This document shows positions 31,256 to 41,396 of a stretch of DNA of 64,000 bases, one piece after another. The position numbers and the translations under genes are program-made. This stretch comes from an uncultured Geobacter sp. (GTDB lineage: Bacteria; Desulfobacterota; Desulfuromonadia; Geobacterales; Geobacteraceae). The stretch's first letter is position 1. Every line of letters starts with the position of its first letter. Below the pieces are notes generated by a model. The model saw nothing but the letters and a program-made list of their open reading frames with translations. It had not been told where the DNA came from and did not search any database. The stretch is from positions 90,512-154,511 of the forward strand of contig CAZBEB010000008.1 in NCBI GenBank assembly GCA_964490805.1, written 5' to 3'.

Positions 31256-32545
31256 GTGCAGAACTATGCCGTTCGGCCGGTCAAGGGGATCCGTGGCGAG
31301 ATCGCTGTTCCCGGAGACAAGTCCATATCGCACCGTTCCATCATGCTCGGCTCCATTTCCCGCGGTGAAACAACCGTGCGCGGCTTTCTGCGGGGCGAGG
31401 ACAATATTGCCACCCTGAACGCCTTCCGGGCCATGGGTGTTGCCATCGACGATGACGGCGAGACTCTGCGCATTGCTGGAAAAGGGCTTCGCGGGCTGTC
31501 GGAGCCAACTGATGTCATAGACTGCGGCAATTCAGGGACCTCAATGAGGCTCCTGACCGGTCTTCTTGCCCCCCAGCGGTTCTACTCGGTTCTTTCCGGC
31601 GACCAGTACCTGCGCCGCCGCCCCATGAGGCGGGTGCTGGAGCCCCTGGCGCGCATGGGGGCATGCCTGTATGGCCGGGAGGGTGGGGAGAAGGCGCCCC
31701 TCGCCATTATCGGCCGGGATCTCGCCGGGATCAGCTATGCTTCGCCGGTGGCAAGCGCCCAGGTTAAATCGGCGCTCATGCTGGCCGGACTTTATGCCGA
31801 CGGGGAGACGCGAATTTCAGAGCCGCATCTCTCTCGGGACCATTCGGAGCGGATGTTCCGTCACTTCGGAGCCGATGTCGAAACCGGCCCCGGCGGAGTT
31901 GTCGTCCGCAGCGGCAGGGAGCTGGAGGGAAGGGATATCGTGGTTCCCGGCGATATCTCGTCTGCCGCCTTCTTCATGGTTGCGGCGCTCATCGTGCCCG
32001 GATCCGAGCTTCTCATCCGTGGCGTGGGGGTGAACCCGACCCGAACCGGCATCATCGATATTCTGACCGCCATGGGGGGCTCCATTGAACTGCTCGACCA
32101 ACGGGAGGTTTCCGGTGAGCCGGTAGCTGATATCCTGGTCCGGTCGTCGCGCCTCAAGGGGATCGAAATCGCCGGAGAGGTTGTCACCAGGGCCATCGAC
32201 GAATTCCCCGTAATCTGCGTTGCCGCTGCCAATGCTGAGGGCCGCACCGTTGTGCGGGAGGCTCGGGAGCTCCGCGTCAAGGAAACCGACCGCATCGCCG
32301 CTATGGCCACGAACCTGCGGGCGGTGGGCGTTGCGGTAACGGAAACCGAAGACGGCATGGACATCGATGGCGTGGAGCAGGTCGCCGCAGGCGCAGTGGA
32401 AAGTTTCGGGGACCACCGGATTGCCATGTCGATGCTTGTTGCTGGACTTTCGGCTGCGGGAGAGATTGCCGTCAGCGACACTGAGTGTGTCGCCACATCG
32501 TTTCCAACGTTCTTCTCCATTCTCGAGACGGTTGCGGTTCGGTGA
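31256..32545 (+). CDS. aroA: 3-phosphoshikimate 1-carboxyvinyltransferase (EPSP synthase)
   Basis: The GTG start gives the N-terminus VQNYAVRPVKGIRGEIAVPGDKSISHR. LGNSGTSMRLL-type and DHRIAM motifs are present. Confidence 0.92.
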   Translation: MQNYAVRPVKGIRGEIAVPGDKSISHRSIMLGSISRGETTVRGFLRGEDNIATLNAFRAMGVAIDDDGETLRIAGKGLRGLSEPTDVIDCGNSGTSMRLLTGLLAPQRFYSVLSGDQYLRRRPMRRVLEPLARMGACLYGREGGEKAPLAIIGRDLAGISYASPVASAQVKSALMLAGLYADGETRISEPHLSRDHSERMFRHFGADVETGPGGVVVRSGRELEGRDIVVPGDISSAAFFMVAALIVPGSELLIRGVGVNPTRTGIIDILTAMGGSIELLDQREVSGEPVADILVRSSRLKGIEIAGEVVTRAIDEFPVICVAAANAEGRTVVREARELRVKETDRIAAMATNLRAVGVAVTETEDGMDIDGVEQVAAGAVESFGDHRIAMSMLVAGLSAAGEIAVSDTECVATSFPTFFSILETVAVR

Positions 32546-33249
32546 GCATCGTGGGAAGGCAGGGCCTTATCATCGCCATCGACGGGCCGTCCGGCGCCGG
32601 GAAGAGCACCATAACCAAGCGACTTGCCGACCGGCTCGGTTATGTCCATATCGACACCGGAGCCATGTTCCGGGCTGTTGCCCTGTTGGCAAAGCGGGCA
32701 GGAGTTGACACCACCGATGACGAGGCCCTGGTGCGGCTTTGCAGCGGCATCGAGATCGACTTTCTGAGGAACAACGGTTGCTGCCGGGTCATCGTCAATG
32801 GCGAGGATGTGACGGAAGCCATCAGGACTCCGGAAATAAGCGCCCTCACTTCAGCGATTTCTGCCCGGAAGGTGGTGCGGGACTTTCTCCTGGTTCTGCA
32901 ACGGCGCATGGGCAATGCTGGTGGCGTGATCCTTGAGGGTAGGGACATCGGTACCGTGGTTTTTCCCAACGCCAACGTCAAGTTTTACCTCTCGGCTTCT
33001 GTAGAGGAGCGGGGAAGGCGTCGCTGGCTGGAGCTGAAGGCCAAGGGTGAGAATGTCACCCTGGAAGATACCATAATGGCTGTGGCGCAACGGGATGAGC
33101 AGGACTCGGGGCGGGAGCATGCCCCGCTCAGGCGTGCCGATGATGCCATAGATGTTGATTCCACTGGTCTCTCCATCGATGAGGTGATCGCCCTCATGGA
33201 GGGGATAGTCCGTACAAAGGAACAGGCCCATGGCATTGCCGGCGCCTGA
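32542..33249 (+). CDS. cmk: cytidylate kinase
   Basis: The P-loop IAIDGPSGAGKST and DTGAMFRA motifs are present. The GTG start overlaps the aroA stop. Confidence 0.88.
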   Translation: MSIVGRQGLIIAIDGPSGAGKSTITKRLADRLGYVHIDTGAMFRAVALLAKRAGVDTTDDEALVRLCSGIEIDFLRNNGCCRVIVNGEDVTEAIRTPEISALTSAISARKVVRDFLLVLQRRMGNAGGVILEGRDIGTVVFPNANVKFYLSASVEERGRRRWLELKAKGENVTLEDTIMAVAQRDEQDSGREHAPLRRADDAIDVDSTGLSIDEVIALMEGIVRTKEQAHGIAGA

Positions 33250-33291
33250 GCTAAGAGCCAAAGATCTTCGAACTACGGGAGTTCTGATCAT

Positions 33292-34140
33292 ATGGAAATA
33301 ATCCTGGCCAAACGGGCCGGTTTTTGCTTCGGGGTCAAAAGAGCCACCCAGATGGCTTTCGAGTCGGCCGAAAAAGGGGGGAAGACATTCTCTCTCGGTC
33401 CCATAATCCATTCGCCCCAGGTGGTGAACCGTTTGGAGGCTTTGGGAGTGAAGGTCCTCAGGGAGCTTGATGAGATTTCTGACGGGACCATCATCATCCG
33501 TTCCCATGGCGTGACGTCCGAAGAACTGGAAGAGGCGCTGCGCAAAGAGCTTGATGTGGTCGATGCCACCTGCCCCTTTGTCAAGAAGGCCCAGGAGAAT
33601 GTCAAGAGCCTGTCCGAAGCCGGCTACGATGTGGTGGTGGTGGGGGATGCGGACCATCCCGAGGTCCAGGGGATTGTGTCCTATGCAAAGGGGAAGGTCT
33701 ATGTGGTCGGTTCCGAGGATGAGGCGGCACGTCTCCCGCGGATGAAGAAAATCGGCATTGTCGCCCAGACCACCCAATCCTTCGAAAACCTGGAGCATGT
33801 AGTTCTCGAATGCCTTCGCAAGGGAGGCGAAATACATGTGTTCAATACCATCTGCGATGCAACCGCCGTGCGGCAGCAGGAGGCAACGGCCCTTGCCCGC
33901 GATGTGGACTGCATGATCGTTATTGGCGGCTATAACAGTGCCAATACCAAACGGCTTGCCGAACTCTGCGCCGATATCCAGCCCCGGACCTACCAGATCG
34001 AAACGGCTCAGGAGATTGATCCCGCCTGGTTCTCGGAGGTCAACAGGGTGGGAGTGACTGCCGGAGCGTCGACACCGAAGTGGCTCATCGACGAGGTGAT
34101 AGATCGGATCCGGGAGATTGATGGTGCTAAAATTAGTTGA
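33292..34140 (+). CDS. ispH: 4-hydroxy-3-methylbut-2-enyl diphosphate reductase
   Basis: The three conserved Cys contexts (GFCFGV, ATCPFV, TICDAT) and the SANT motif are present. Confidence 0.92.
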   Translation: MEIILAKRAGFCFGVKRATQMAFESAEKGGKTFSLGPIIHSPQVVNRLEALGVKVLRELDEISDGTIIIRSHGVTSEELEEALRKELDVVDATCPFVKKAQENVKSLSEAGYDVVVVGDADHPEVQGIVSYAKGKVYVVGSEDEAARLPRMKKIGIVAQTTQSFENLEHVVLECLRKGGEIHVFNTICDATAVRQQEATALARDVDCMIVIGGYNSANTKRLAELCADIQPRTYQIETAQEIDPAWFSEVNRVGVTAGASTPKWLIDEVIDRIREIDGAKIS

Positions 34141-34208
34141 ATTTTCAGATAGATATGTGCTATTTTCGCACATCCAAATCCACAAACGAGTCAGGGAGGT
34201 CAGTTTTA

Positions 34209-35969
34209 ATGAGTGAAGACAAGGGGATGAAAAACCGCAACAATATGACGATCAAGCGATTCGTCGATGTGGAGGAGGATGCGGAGCATGGTGGATCGGG
34301 AGAGTTCGCCGAACTTTTCCAGGAGAGCATTAAGCAGCATCGCGTAGGTGAAGTTCTGGTCGGCAAAGTGGTTCATATCAGCAATGATTTCGTTCTGGTC
34401 GATATCGGCTACAAGTCGGAAGGATATATTCCCATAGACGAGTTCCACGACGAAGAGGGAAACCTCACCGTGAAGGTTGGCGATGAGGTAAAGGCTCTCT
34501 TCGAGCGGAAGGAAAACCAGAAGGGATATGCCGTTCTCTCCCGCCGCAAGGCAGAGCGTTTGGCTGCCTGGGATGTCATTGACGAGGCCGGCGGCGAAGG
34601 CGGCGTTATCGAGGGCAAGATTACCGGAAAGGTGAAAGGCGGGCTCACGGTTGATATCGGCGTGCAGGGCTTTCTGCCGGCATCACAGGTCGATCTTCGC
34701 CCCGGTGGTAATCTCGATAAATATATCGGCATAACCGACAGGTTCAAGATTCTCAAGCTCAATAAAAAGCGCGGCAACATCGTTCTTTCCCGCCGGGCAC
34801 TCATGGAAGAGGAGCGCGAGTCGGTACGTTCGGAAACCCTCTCCAATCTTGCCGAAGGGCAGATTCGCGAAGGTGTGGTCAAGAATATTACCGATTATGG
34901 GGCGTTTGTTGACATCGGTGGGGTCGACGGCCTCCTCCATGTGACCGATATGTCCTGGGGACGTCTTGGGCATCCCTCAGAGATGCTTAAGCCGGGCGAC
35001 AATTTGAGCGTCAAGGTTCTCAAGTACGACCAGGAGAAGGGGAAGATTTCCCTTGGACTCAAGCAGGTTACGCCTGATCCCTGGATTTCGGTGGAACAGA
35101 AATACAACCAGGGTGACCGTGTAACGGGCAAGGTGGTAAGTCTGGCCGATTATGGCGCGTTCATCGCCTTGGAAGATGGGGTCGAGGGACTTGTCCATGT
35201 TTCCGAAATGTCCTGGACCCGCAGGCTGCGCCATCCCTCCGAAATCCTCACCGTGGGGGATGAAGTGGAGACGGTGGTTCTCGGCGTAGATATGGCCAAC
35301 CGCCGCATCTCCCTCGGCCTTAAGCAGGTTCAGGTGAATCCCTGGACGCAACTGGAGGAGAAATACCCGGTTGGCACCAAGCTTGAGGGGCAGATCAAGA
35401 GCATTACCGACTTCGGTGTTTTCATCGGCATCGAAGATGGGATTGACGGTCTTGTCCATGTTTCCGACATCTCCTGGACCAAGCGGATCAAGCACCCCGG
35501 CGAAGTCTTTACCAGGGGGCAGACCGTTCAGGCAGTGGTGTTGAACATCGACCCCGAAAATGAGCGGCTTTCCCTTGGCATCAAGCAACTCCAGCTCGAT
35601 CCCTGGAGCGAGATTCCGGTCAAATATCGTCCCGGCACCCGTATCCGCGGCAAGGTGACTTCGGTTACCGACTTCGGTCTTTTCCTTGAGATTGAGGAAG
35701 GTATTGAAGGACTCATTCATGTGTCTGAGCTTTCCCGCGAGAAGGTGGCTTCTCCCAAAGAGTTTGCCAATGTCGGAGACGAGCTTGATGCGGTGGTGCT
35801 CAGTGTTGACGAATCGGAAAAGAAAATAGCTCTTTCCGTCAAGTCGCTCCAGATGGCAGCCGAAAAGGCTGAGATTGAGTCCTACATGCAAACGCAGGGA
35901 GAAGCCACATCCAACCTCGGCGAACTTCTTCGTGAAGGGCTTCGGAAAAACGGTGACGGAAACGACTGA
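34209..35969 (+). CDS. rpsA: 30S ribosomal protein S1
   Basis: Six S1 repeats are present (G.V..I.D.GAFV.. pattern). The ATG is preceded by GGGAGG. Confidence 0.92.
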   Translation: MSEDKGMKNRNNMTIKRFVDVEEDAEHGGSGEFAELFQESIKQHRVGEVLVGKVVHISNDFVLVDIGYKSEGYIPIDEFHDEEGNLTVKVGDEVKALFERKENQKGYAVLSRRKAERLAAWDVIDEAGGEGGVIEGKITGKVKGGLTVDIGVQGFLPASQVDLRPGGNLDKYIGITDRFKILKLNKKRGNIVLSRRALMEEERESVRSETLSNLAEGQIREGVVKNITDYGAFVDIGGVDGLLHVTDMSWGRLGHPSEMLKPGDNLSVKVLKYDQEKGKISLGLKQVTPDPWISVEQKYNQGDRVTGKVVSLADYGAFIALEDGVEGLVHVSEMSWTRRLRHPSEILTVGDEVETVVLGVDMANRRISLGLKQVQVNPWTQLEEKYPVGTKLEGQIKSITDFGVFIGIEDGIDGLVHVSDISWTKRIKHPGEVFTRGQTVQAVVLNIDPENERLSLGIKQLQLDPWSEIPVKYRPGTRIRGKVTSVTDFGLFLEIEEGIEGLIHVSELSREKVASPKEFANVGDELDAVVLSVDESEKKIALSVKSLQMAAEKAEIESYMQTQGEATSNLGELLREGLRKNGDGND

Positions 35970-36094
35970 TCGCGCAAGTGCTGTTAACGTGAATGAGCAT
36001 GCGCCCGCCGGGTATGCGTCCCCGGCGGAACTTCCACAGGAGGGGGCGGGCACTTGTGCCTGGCTCACGGAACTATGCAGCAAGGAGTGCACGA

Positions 36095-36382
36095 ATGACA
36101 AAAAGTGAACTGGTTGAACATTTGGCGGAGAAGAATACCTGGCTGACCCGCAAGGACTCGGAGATGATAGTTAATCTCGTCTTCGACAGCATCAGTGATG
36201 CCCTTAAGCGGGGAGAAAAAGTCGAGATTCGCGGATTCGGCAGTTTCACGGTCCGTGAGCGCGGTGCCCGTGAAGCGAGAAATCCCAAGAGCGGAGATGT
36301 GGTGAAAATCCCCGCCAAGAAGACGCCGTTCTTCAAGACCGGCAAGGAACTTCGCGAACGGGTCAACATCAAGGAAGATTAG
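36095..36382 (+). CDS. ihfB: integration host factor subunit beta
   Basis: MTKSEL...IEIRGFGSF...RNPKSGD...FKTGKELRERVN closely parallels the IHF-beta pattern. An AAGGAG site lies upstream of the start. Confidence 0.85.
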   Translation: MTKSELVEHLAEKNTWLTRKDSEMIVNLVFDSISDALKRGEKVEIRGFGSFTVRERGAREARNPKSGDVVKIPAKKTPFFKTGKELRERVNIKED

Positions 36383-36391
36383 GTTCGCTTT

Positions 36392-36478
36392 GCCCGGATG
36401 GTGGAATTGGTAGACACAAGGGACTTAAAATCCCTCGGCGGCAACGCTGTGCGGGTCCGAGTCCCGCTCCGGGCACCA
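36392..36478 (+). tRNA. tRNA-Leu (anticodon UAA), class II with long variable arm, CCA encoded
   Basis: The sequence folds by eye. The acceptor stem pairs GCCCGGA with TCCGGGC. The anticodon stem-loop is AGGGA-CTTAAAA-TCCCT, the T-arm is GGGTCCGAGTCCC, and it ends in CCA. Confidence 0.9.
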
Positions 36479-36504
36479 AGTAAAAACGGTAAGTTGTGGA
36501 GCGA

Positions 36505-36551
36505 AGAGCCCGATATTTTTCAGAATATCGGGCTCTTTGCTGTTGTTTTTT
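36505..36551 (+). terminator. strong rho-independent terminator downstream of tRNA-Leu
   Basis: A 13-bp stem pairs AGAGCCCGATATT with AATATCGGGCTCT across a 6-nt loop. It is followed by TTGCTGTTGTTTTTT. Confidence 0.7.
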
Positions 36552-36686
36552 GATAACGCAAAAACAGCTAGTTGCATACTCTTAACTGTTTTTAGCGGTT
36601 CTCGACCGTTAACAAACCGTCAACAAAAACAGCGTACCGGTATGGCGGAAATTATTAGGCATTCCGCCTCCTATCCTAATGCAGCG

Positions 36687-36896
36687 TTACCACCCCAGAA
36701 TAGCAACATAAGACGCGGCGCCCTCTACTTCGGCAAGGAACTGCTCTTTCTGCTCTTGCGCGTAAGCACATCTATGGGGAACAGTAGATATTACTTCACC
36801 ATCCCTCAATATCTGATTCTCCCAACAAACATTTACTGCATTTTGTTCTATCAATACTTCTACTGATTTGAGAATTTTTTGTTCTGTGAGTGCCAT
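36687..36896 (-). CDS. hypothetical phage protein (possible tail fibre accessory/chaperone by position)
   Basis: The ATG follows an AAGGGAGA site, 14 nt after the tail fibre stop codon. Its GC content is low, like the fibre gene. Confidence 0.45.
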   Translation of the reverse strand: MALTEQKILKSVEVLIEQNAVNVCWENQILRDGEVISTVPHRCAYAQEQKEQFLAEVEGAASYVAILGW

Positions 36897-36910
36897 TTAT
36901 TTTATCTCCC

Positions 36911-37858
36911 TTAAACGTGATATATGCCTGACACGGTAATAGTCCCTGCCGCATCCATAGACACTTGCAGCGCTGCACCGCCTGCCGAGTCTTGTGCATA
37001 TAGGCGGACGGATGTCTCCCCACTCGCAATTAATGCCATTAATTGTTTACCTGTACCGTATGAAATACTATCACTCAACGCAGCAAGAATATTCTGACTG
37101 CCAAAGGAAGTAATGTGTGCAAAAGGCAGCCCTACCAGCAACATTGCGCCTGTTCCGGTATGTGCAGACCACGCCAAACGCACGTTTACAACCACTCTAT
37201 TGCCTATTCTGGTGTATGACCCATACTGCTCACTATACGTTCCGGTGCCTGTGACCGTCCCTCCAATAACAGTTGGAGTAAATGTTCCCTCTTCATACCA
37301 ATCTAGAACCTTAGCAGCAGAGTTAGCAGTGTTGCCAAGATAGATGCCATTTACTGTTTGTAACTTGGCGTTGCCGTCTGTTGTATTAGTGACTGTGCTG
37401 CCAATTAGAAAATAACCGCCAGTTGGCAGTCGAGCTATCTCAACTCCACCAGCATAGAATTCTATCCCATTAGGATTAACTAGACTGGTAGCCTCTCTAA
37501 GGGTTATAGACCCCCCAGTAGATGCTGAAGCTGTAGTGCTACCTGTAAGTAGTAATCTACTGCCGGCTAGTGTATTCAATACTGCAGGAGCAGAACCACC
37601 TATTTTTAGGGGACCATCAATTTTAGCACCACCATTTGTTTGTAGAATATCTGTTCCATTATCTGTTGTAGCGCCGATAAGTACCCGTTTATTAGCATTC
37701 ACAACCAAAGCATTGGTGTTTACTGTGAGGGTATCCGATAATGTTGTAGCCGATTTAGTGGCAGCACTGTTTCCCAGGGCGATTACCTCATCCCAGTTGC
37801 CGTCCATTTCGGCATGGGTCAGCGGTGCACCCTTTATGGATCGCTTAATCACCGCCAT
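36911..37858 (-). CDS. phage tail fibre protein
   Basis: It is the last large gene of the tail module. The N-terminus ...GAPLTHAEMDGNWDEV resembles an N-terminal motif I recall from phage fibre proteins. The body is Gly/Thr/Asn/Ser-rich. Confidence 0.6.
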   Translation of the reverse strand: MAVIKRSIKGAPLTHAEMDGNWDEVIALGNSAATKSATTLSDTLTVNTNALVVNANKRVLIGATTDNGTDILQTNGGAKIDGPLKIGGSAPAVLNTLAGSRLLLTGSTTASASTGGSITLREATSLVNPNGIEFYAGGVEIARLPTGGYFLIGSTVTNTTDGNAKLQTVNGIYLGNTANSAAKVLDWYEEGTFTPTVIGGTVTGTGTYSEQYGSYTRIGNRVVVNVRLAWSAHTGTGAMLLVGLPFAHITSFGSQNILAALSDSISYGTGKQLMALIASGETSVRLYAQDSAGGAALQVSMDAAGTITVSGIYHV

Positions 37859-37867
37859 AATCCCTCC

Positions 37868-40768
37868 TTATGCCAGAACCGTGAATTTCACGGCGTCGAT
37901 TTGCGTGGTTGAGCCTGGTGAATGGCCGGCTTCGATAATTTCGCCGGTTATCGAGCCTGCAAAGCCCAGGGTTGCGGCGTCGCTGAATTTAAGTTCTGAG
38001 TGTTCGAGGTATGTTTCGAACTCATGGAGCCATTTCCGGACGGCATAGCGGGTCAGATAGAAAGCTCGCACGTCGTCGGCCATGGCCTGGGTGGTGATGA
38101 AATCAAAAAGAAATAGCTCCGGGCGCTCCCGTTCGCCGTAGTTGGCGATGCTGACGGCGTCGTTGCCCTTGGAGGTGCCGCTATAGGCATCGTCCCCTGC
38201 TGTCTTGGACCAATCGCGATCAAAGAGGAGATTGATTTTATTGATGATGTCATCGTAGGGCGCTTTGCGGCGTCGATACACGCGGCGGCCGTCTCCGGTT
38301 ATCCGACATGCGGGGATTGTTTTGACCGGCGTAAGGGCATCGGGGCGGACGATCAGTTGTGCCGTTCCGAGCTCCATCCTGAACCAGGCACGGCACTGGA
38401 AGGCAATAGTGTTCAGCCATTCCAGGGCTGTGCGGTATTCGGTGATTGCTCCGTTGATGGCGTAGGATGCCGGGAAGGCGCCCACCTGTTGGAAGCTGGT
38501 GACGTCACAGTAGGTGGAGAGGAGATTGGAGACGACATCACCAGGGGCCGTGACGTTGCGGACGACGTCGCAGAGAATTATGTCACCCACGAGGGTATTT
38601 GCTACGGAGTTGCCAGACAAGGTAACGGTTCCGGATTTAGTTACCGACCCATCAAGAATAACAGTACCCGACTTCGACACTGAACCAGAGCGGGTGACGG
38701 TACCAGTCTTTGATACTGCCCCAGAGCGGGTCACGGTGCCGGATTTGCTTGCCGACCCCGACTTCGTAACCGAACCGTCCTTGCTGACAGTGCCTCCTTT
38801 AGAAACAATCACCGTACCGCTACTAGTGCCGCTAAACTGGATTGTGCGTGAGGCGGAATCAACCTGCAGAAATGTATTGCCCAAGCCGCTGCCGTCCCTG
38901 CAAAAAACATCCAGCGTATCCCCGGTAATCCCACTCGTTAGTGTAAATTCAAAAGACATTTTTTCGCCGCTGATAATGGACGAATAACTTTTTATCTGGG
39001 TAGACCCGAGCCAGATTTCTACCGTCAGGCTATTGGCAACTTTTTTTGTGACTGTGACGTTGAACGTGATTTGCGAACGCGTTCCGGAGGTGGCTGCAAA
39101 ATTCACACGCCAATAAACCCCGCTTATGCCGTTAAAATTGCTTGTCACTATGCCGTTTTGTACCGGACAGTTTGACGCAGCCTGGCTGTTGGAACTGTTA
39201 TAAGTATGACTGTGGGTGCCATTACTCAGGGAAATGGTGTCACTAAGGGTAATACCATCCGTTACGCCAATACCGTCAACCACGCCAATCCCGTCAAGAA
39301 TGGCGAGCAGGTCATCTACCCCTATCCCGTCCGTTATGCCGAGACCGTCCAGAATACCTATTTCATCCAGTATACTTAGAGTGTCGCTGATGGATACACC
39401 GTCGTTTATCAATAGGGCCACGGCCTGCTGTATCGTGACGTACCCCGGAACCGTTACAACCGCCCGCCCCTCATAGCCGGCTAACTGGTTCCCGGCAGTG
39501 CCGAGATAGCGGGTGCAGACGGCAGTGATGTCCACTTCCGCTTCACCCACCCGGCCATACACCTTGGGGATGGCGTCCAGGGCGCAATCCGCGACCACGT
39601 AGACAAAGCGGTTTTTCCGCTGCCACGTTACAGCCCCCATCAGGTGGGATGCCGCGATAGTGCCGTTTACCCCGCGCTGAACAGTGAGTGTATCCCCGGA
39701 TATGCCCTGTATCAGCATCTGCTCATCATCTGCCTGGATAATTTGCCCTACAGCGAGGCCGGTAGCGTCGGAAACCGGGAAGCTTGTGGCTGTTGACGAG
39801 ATGTTGGCAGGAATGCTCGTCTGTATACCGGCTTCAAGAGCCAGCGCCGGAAGCCTGGATACCGATCCGTAGGGGATAGGGATAATCCTCCCTACATCGT
39901 CGGGATCGGCGGAAGGATACGCAGTGCGGTCAATCTTGGTGCCGATGTATTTGCCAAGCCGGACGGTCTCATCCTCAATGACGAGGGAGACAGTGGTATT
40001 GTCCGGTATCTCGATGTTCTTCACATAGCCCCGAAACTTCATGACCGGCGGCGAGGCTACGGGGTCCTGCCCTCGGAACCAGAGATAGAGCTCCGCCGGG
40101 TTGGCCTCCATTACATATTCAGTGGCGAGGGTCTCCATACTTGGGGTTGAGTCCGGGGCGATCAGGCAGGTAAGGGAGAAGTCCGAGACCCGAATTTCAC
40201 TCAGGCTATTGCTGATCCCCTCCTGTACCGAACCCCAGGCGGCGACCCATGGTTTAGTGGTAATGCCTCCTTCCCACGAGGCGATGCTGATGGTCATGTC
40301 GCTGAGGTAATAGTTTACGCCCCCCACCGTGAGCTTCAGAATCCAGACCGGAGCAGCGCCGGTAACGGAATCTTTGCTATATCCGGCGGAGGGAGCAGCC
40401 CAGGCGGTATCCTCTTCAAGGGAAAGTTCTACGCGGTGCCGGGCCGGCCCAACTTCCTGATGCTCGATTTTGCCGATGAGTCGAACGGTATGGACGGCGC
40501 CCTCATGGTCATACCAGGTGAACTGTGTCTTAGCGCCTCTGACAGTATTGGTGCTAAAAGAAAGGAGAGCCTCCAGAACCGGGGTCGATACCCGAGGGAA
40601 TACCAGCCGCCGGGACGTCCGGACGATGGCACCCTTGTCGTAAATATACTGGGTGCCGAGGGAATCGCGCCCTTCGACCTGGAAAAGCTCGGGAGCATCG
40701 CCCCCCTGCCGCAGGGGAGGAGTCTCGAATTGTACGGTGACGGCACCGGAAACAAACGCATTAATCAT
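37868..40768 (-). CDS. phage tail / host-specificity protein (966 aa) with two internal hexapeptide-repeat blocks
   Basis: It is a large gene downstream of the tape measure, and the ATGA overlap with the upstream gene suggests coupling. The repeats are described as separate features. Confidence 0.7.
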   Translation of the reverse strand: MINAFVSGAVTVQFETPPLRQGGDAPELFQVEGRDSLGTQYIYDKGAIVRTSRRLVFPRVSTPVLEALLSFSTNTVRGAKTQFTWYDHEGAVHTVRLIGKIEHQEVGPARHRVELSLEEDTAWAAPSAGYSKDSVTGAAPVWILKLTVGGVNYYLSDMTISIASWEGGITTKPWVAAWGSVQEGISNSLSEIRVSDFSLTCLIAPDSTPSMETLATEYVMEANPAELYLWFRGQDPVASPPVMKFRGYVKNIEIPDNTTVSLVIEDETVRLGKYIGTKIDRTAYPSADPDDVGRIIPIPYGSVSRLPALALEAGIQTSIPANISSTATSFPVSDATGLAVGQIIQADDEQMLIQGISGDTLTVQRGVNGTIAASHLMGAVTWQRKNRFVYVVADCALDAIPKVYGRVGEAEVDITAVCTRYLGTAGNQLAGYEGRAVVTVPGYVTIQQAVALLINDGVSISDTLSILDEIGILDGLGITDGIGVDDLLAILDGIGVVDGIGVTDGITLSDTISLSNGTHSHTYNSSNSQAASNCPVQNGIVTSNFNGISGVYWRVNFAATSGTRSQITFNVTVTKKVANSLTVEIWLGSTQIKSYSSIISGEKMSFEFTLTSGITGDTLDVFCRDGSGLGNTFLQVDSASRTIQFSGTSSGTVIVSKGGTVSKDGSVTKSGSASKSGTVTRSGAVSKTGTVTRSGSVSKSGTVILDGSVTKSGTVTLSGNSVANTLVGDIILCDVVRNVTAPGDVVSNLLSTYCDVTSFQQVGAFPASYAINGAITEYRTALEWLNTIAFQCRAWFRMELGTAQLIVRPDALTPVKTIPACRITGDGRRVYRRRKAPYDDIINKINLLFDRDWSKTAGDDAYSGTSKGNDAVSIANYGERERPELFLFDFITTQAMADDVRAFYLTRYAVRKWLHEFETYLEHSELKFSDAATLGFAGSITGEIIEAGHSPGSTTQIDAVKFTVLA
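38606..38821 (-). repeat. about 11 tandem 18-nt units encoding (S/T)G(T/S/A)V(S/T)(K/R)
   Basis: The protein reads [72 protein letters not shown]. Confidence 0.85.
39218..39406 (-). repeat. about 9 tandem 18-nt units encoding G(I/L)x(V/I/L)xD
   Basis: The protein reads [54 protein letters not shown]. Confidence 0.85.
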
Positions 40769-41202
40769 GACACGACCCTCAGGGAGGTTGTTACTTCGTA
40801 AGCATCGTAAGCGCGTTCGCGGATCTCCGGGAGCCGGGAGGACGCAAAACGCACAGTTACCCGCAAACCATTGATCTCGATGTAGTCAAAGGCAACGGCC
40901 ATACCCCGCGCGGTACCCAGCCACCACGAGAGGAGCCGATCACGATCAAAGCGGCTCATCCGGTCCCATGACAATTCAATAAGAGAGTCTTTGGCCAGAT
41001 AGTCGTGAACGATGGCTTCCGCAGCGGCAGACTCTGCCCGCGGCTGGATAAGCCCCAGCGATTTGCCGGGGCGTTCCGGAGAGCGGCCAAAGTATAGCGC
41101 ATCGGTGGTGCCGAGCAGGAACGCCACGGGGCTGCCGGGGAGGCCGATATAATCATCGGCCACATAGTCGAGCTGATCGACGATGTATCCGGTATCGCCC
41201 AT
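40765..41202 (-). CDS. phage tail protein (function unassigned)
   Basis: It lies between the tape measure and the 966-aa tail protein, with ATGA coupling to the downstream gene. Confidence 0.5.
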   Translation of the reverse strand: MGDTGYIVDQLDYVADDYIGLPGSPVAFLLGTTDALYFGRSPERPGKSLGLIQPRAESAAAEAIVHDYLAKDSLIELSWDRMSRFDRDRLLSWWLGTARGMAVAFDYIEINGLRVTVRFASSRLPEIRERAYDAYEVTTSLRVVS

Positions 41203-41205
41203 GGG

Positions 41206-41382
41206 CTAGATCTTCTCCTGGCATGCCACGATTATGATGCCGTCTCCGGGGCCATCAATGTGGTCCGGATTGGTGTTCAGCTCCATGGTGGCAGCAGATA
41301 GCGTTTGCAGTATTTTCATGCGATCGGCGCACTTCTCTTTATGGGGGCAGGCGGGGCAGCGGTTCATGTCAACAGTCCACAT
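41206..41382 (-). CDS. small Cys-rich phage protein, 58 aa (below the ORF-track cutoff)
   Basis: I translated this ORF by hand: MWTVDMNRCPACPHKEKCADRMKILQTLSAATMELNTNPDHIDGPGDGIIIVACQEKI. A GGAG site lies 8 nt upstream of the ATG. The ORF fills the gap between the tape measure and the next tail gene exactly. Confidence 0.45.
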   Translation of the reverse strand: MWTVDMNRCPACPHKEKCADRMKILQTLSAATMELNTNPDHIDGPGDGIIIVACQEKI

Positions 41383-41396
41383 GGTATGGTCTCCTT

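Noticed and set aside
36392-36478. I searched the window for a second copy of the tRNA-Leu 3' segment as attR.
   Set aside because: I found no copy by eye within 36479-64000. The other prophage end is evidently outside the window, so no att call is made.
36540-37858. I considered a diversity-generating retroelement targeting the tail fibre C-terminus.
   Set aside because: No reverse transcriptase gene is present, and no template/variable repeat pair is visible between the fibre gene and the tRNA.
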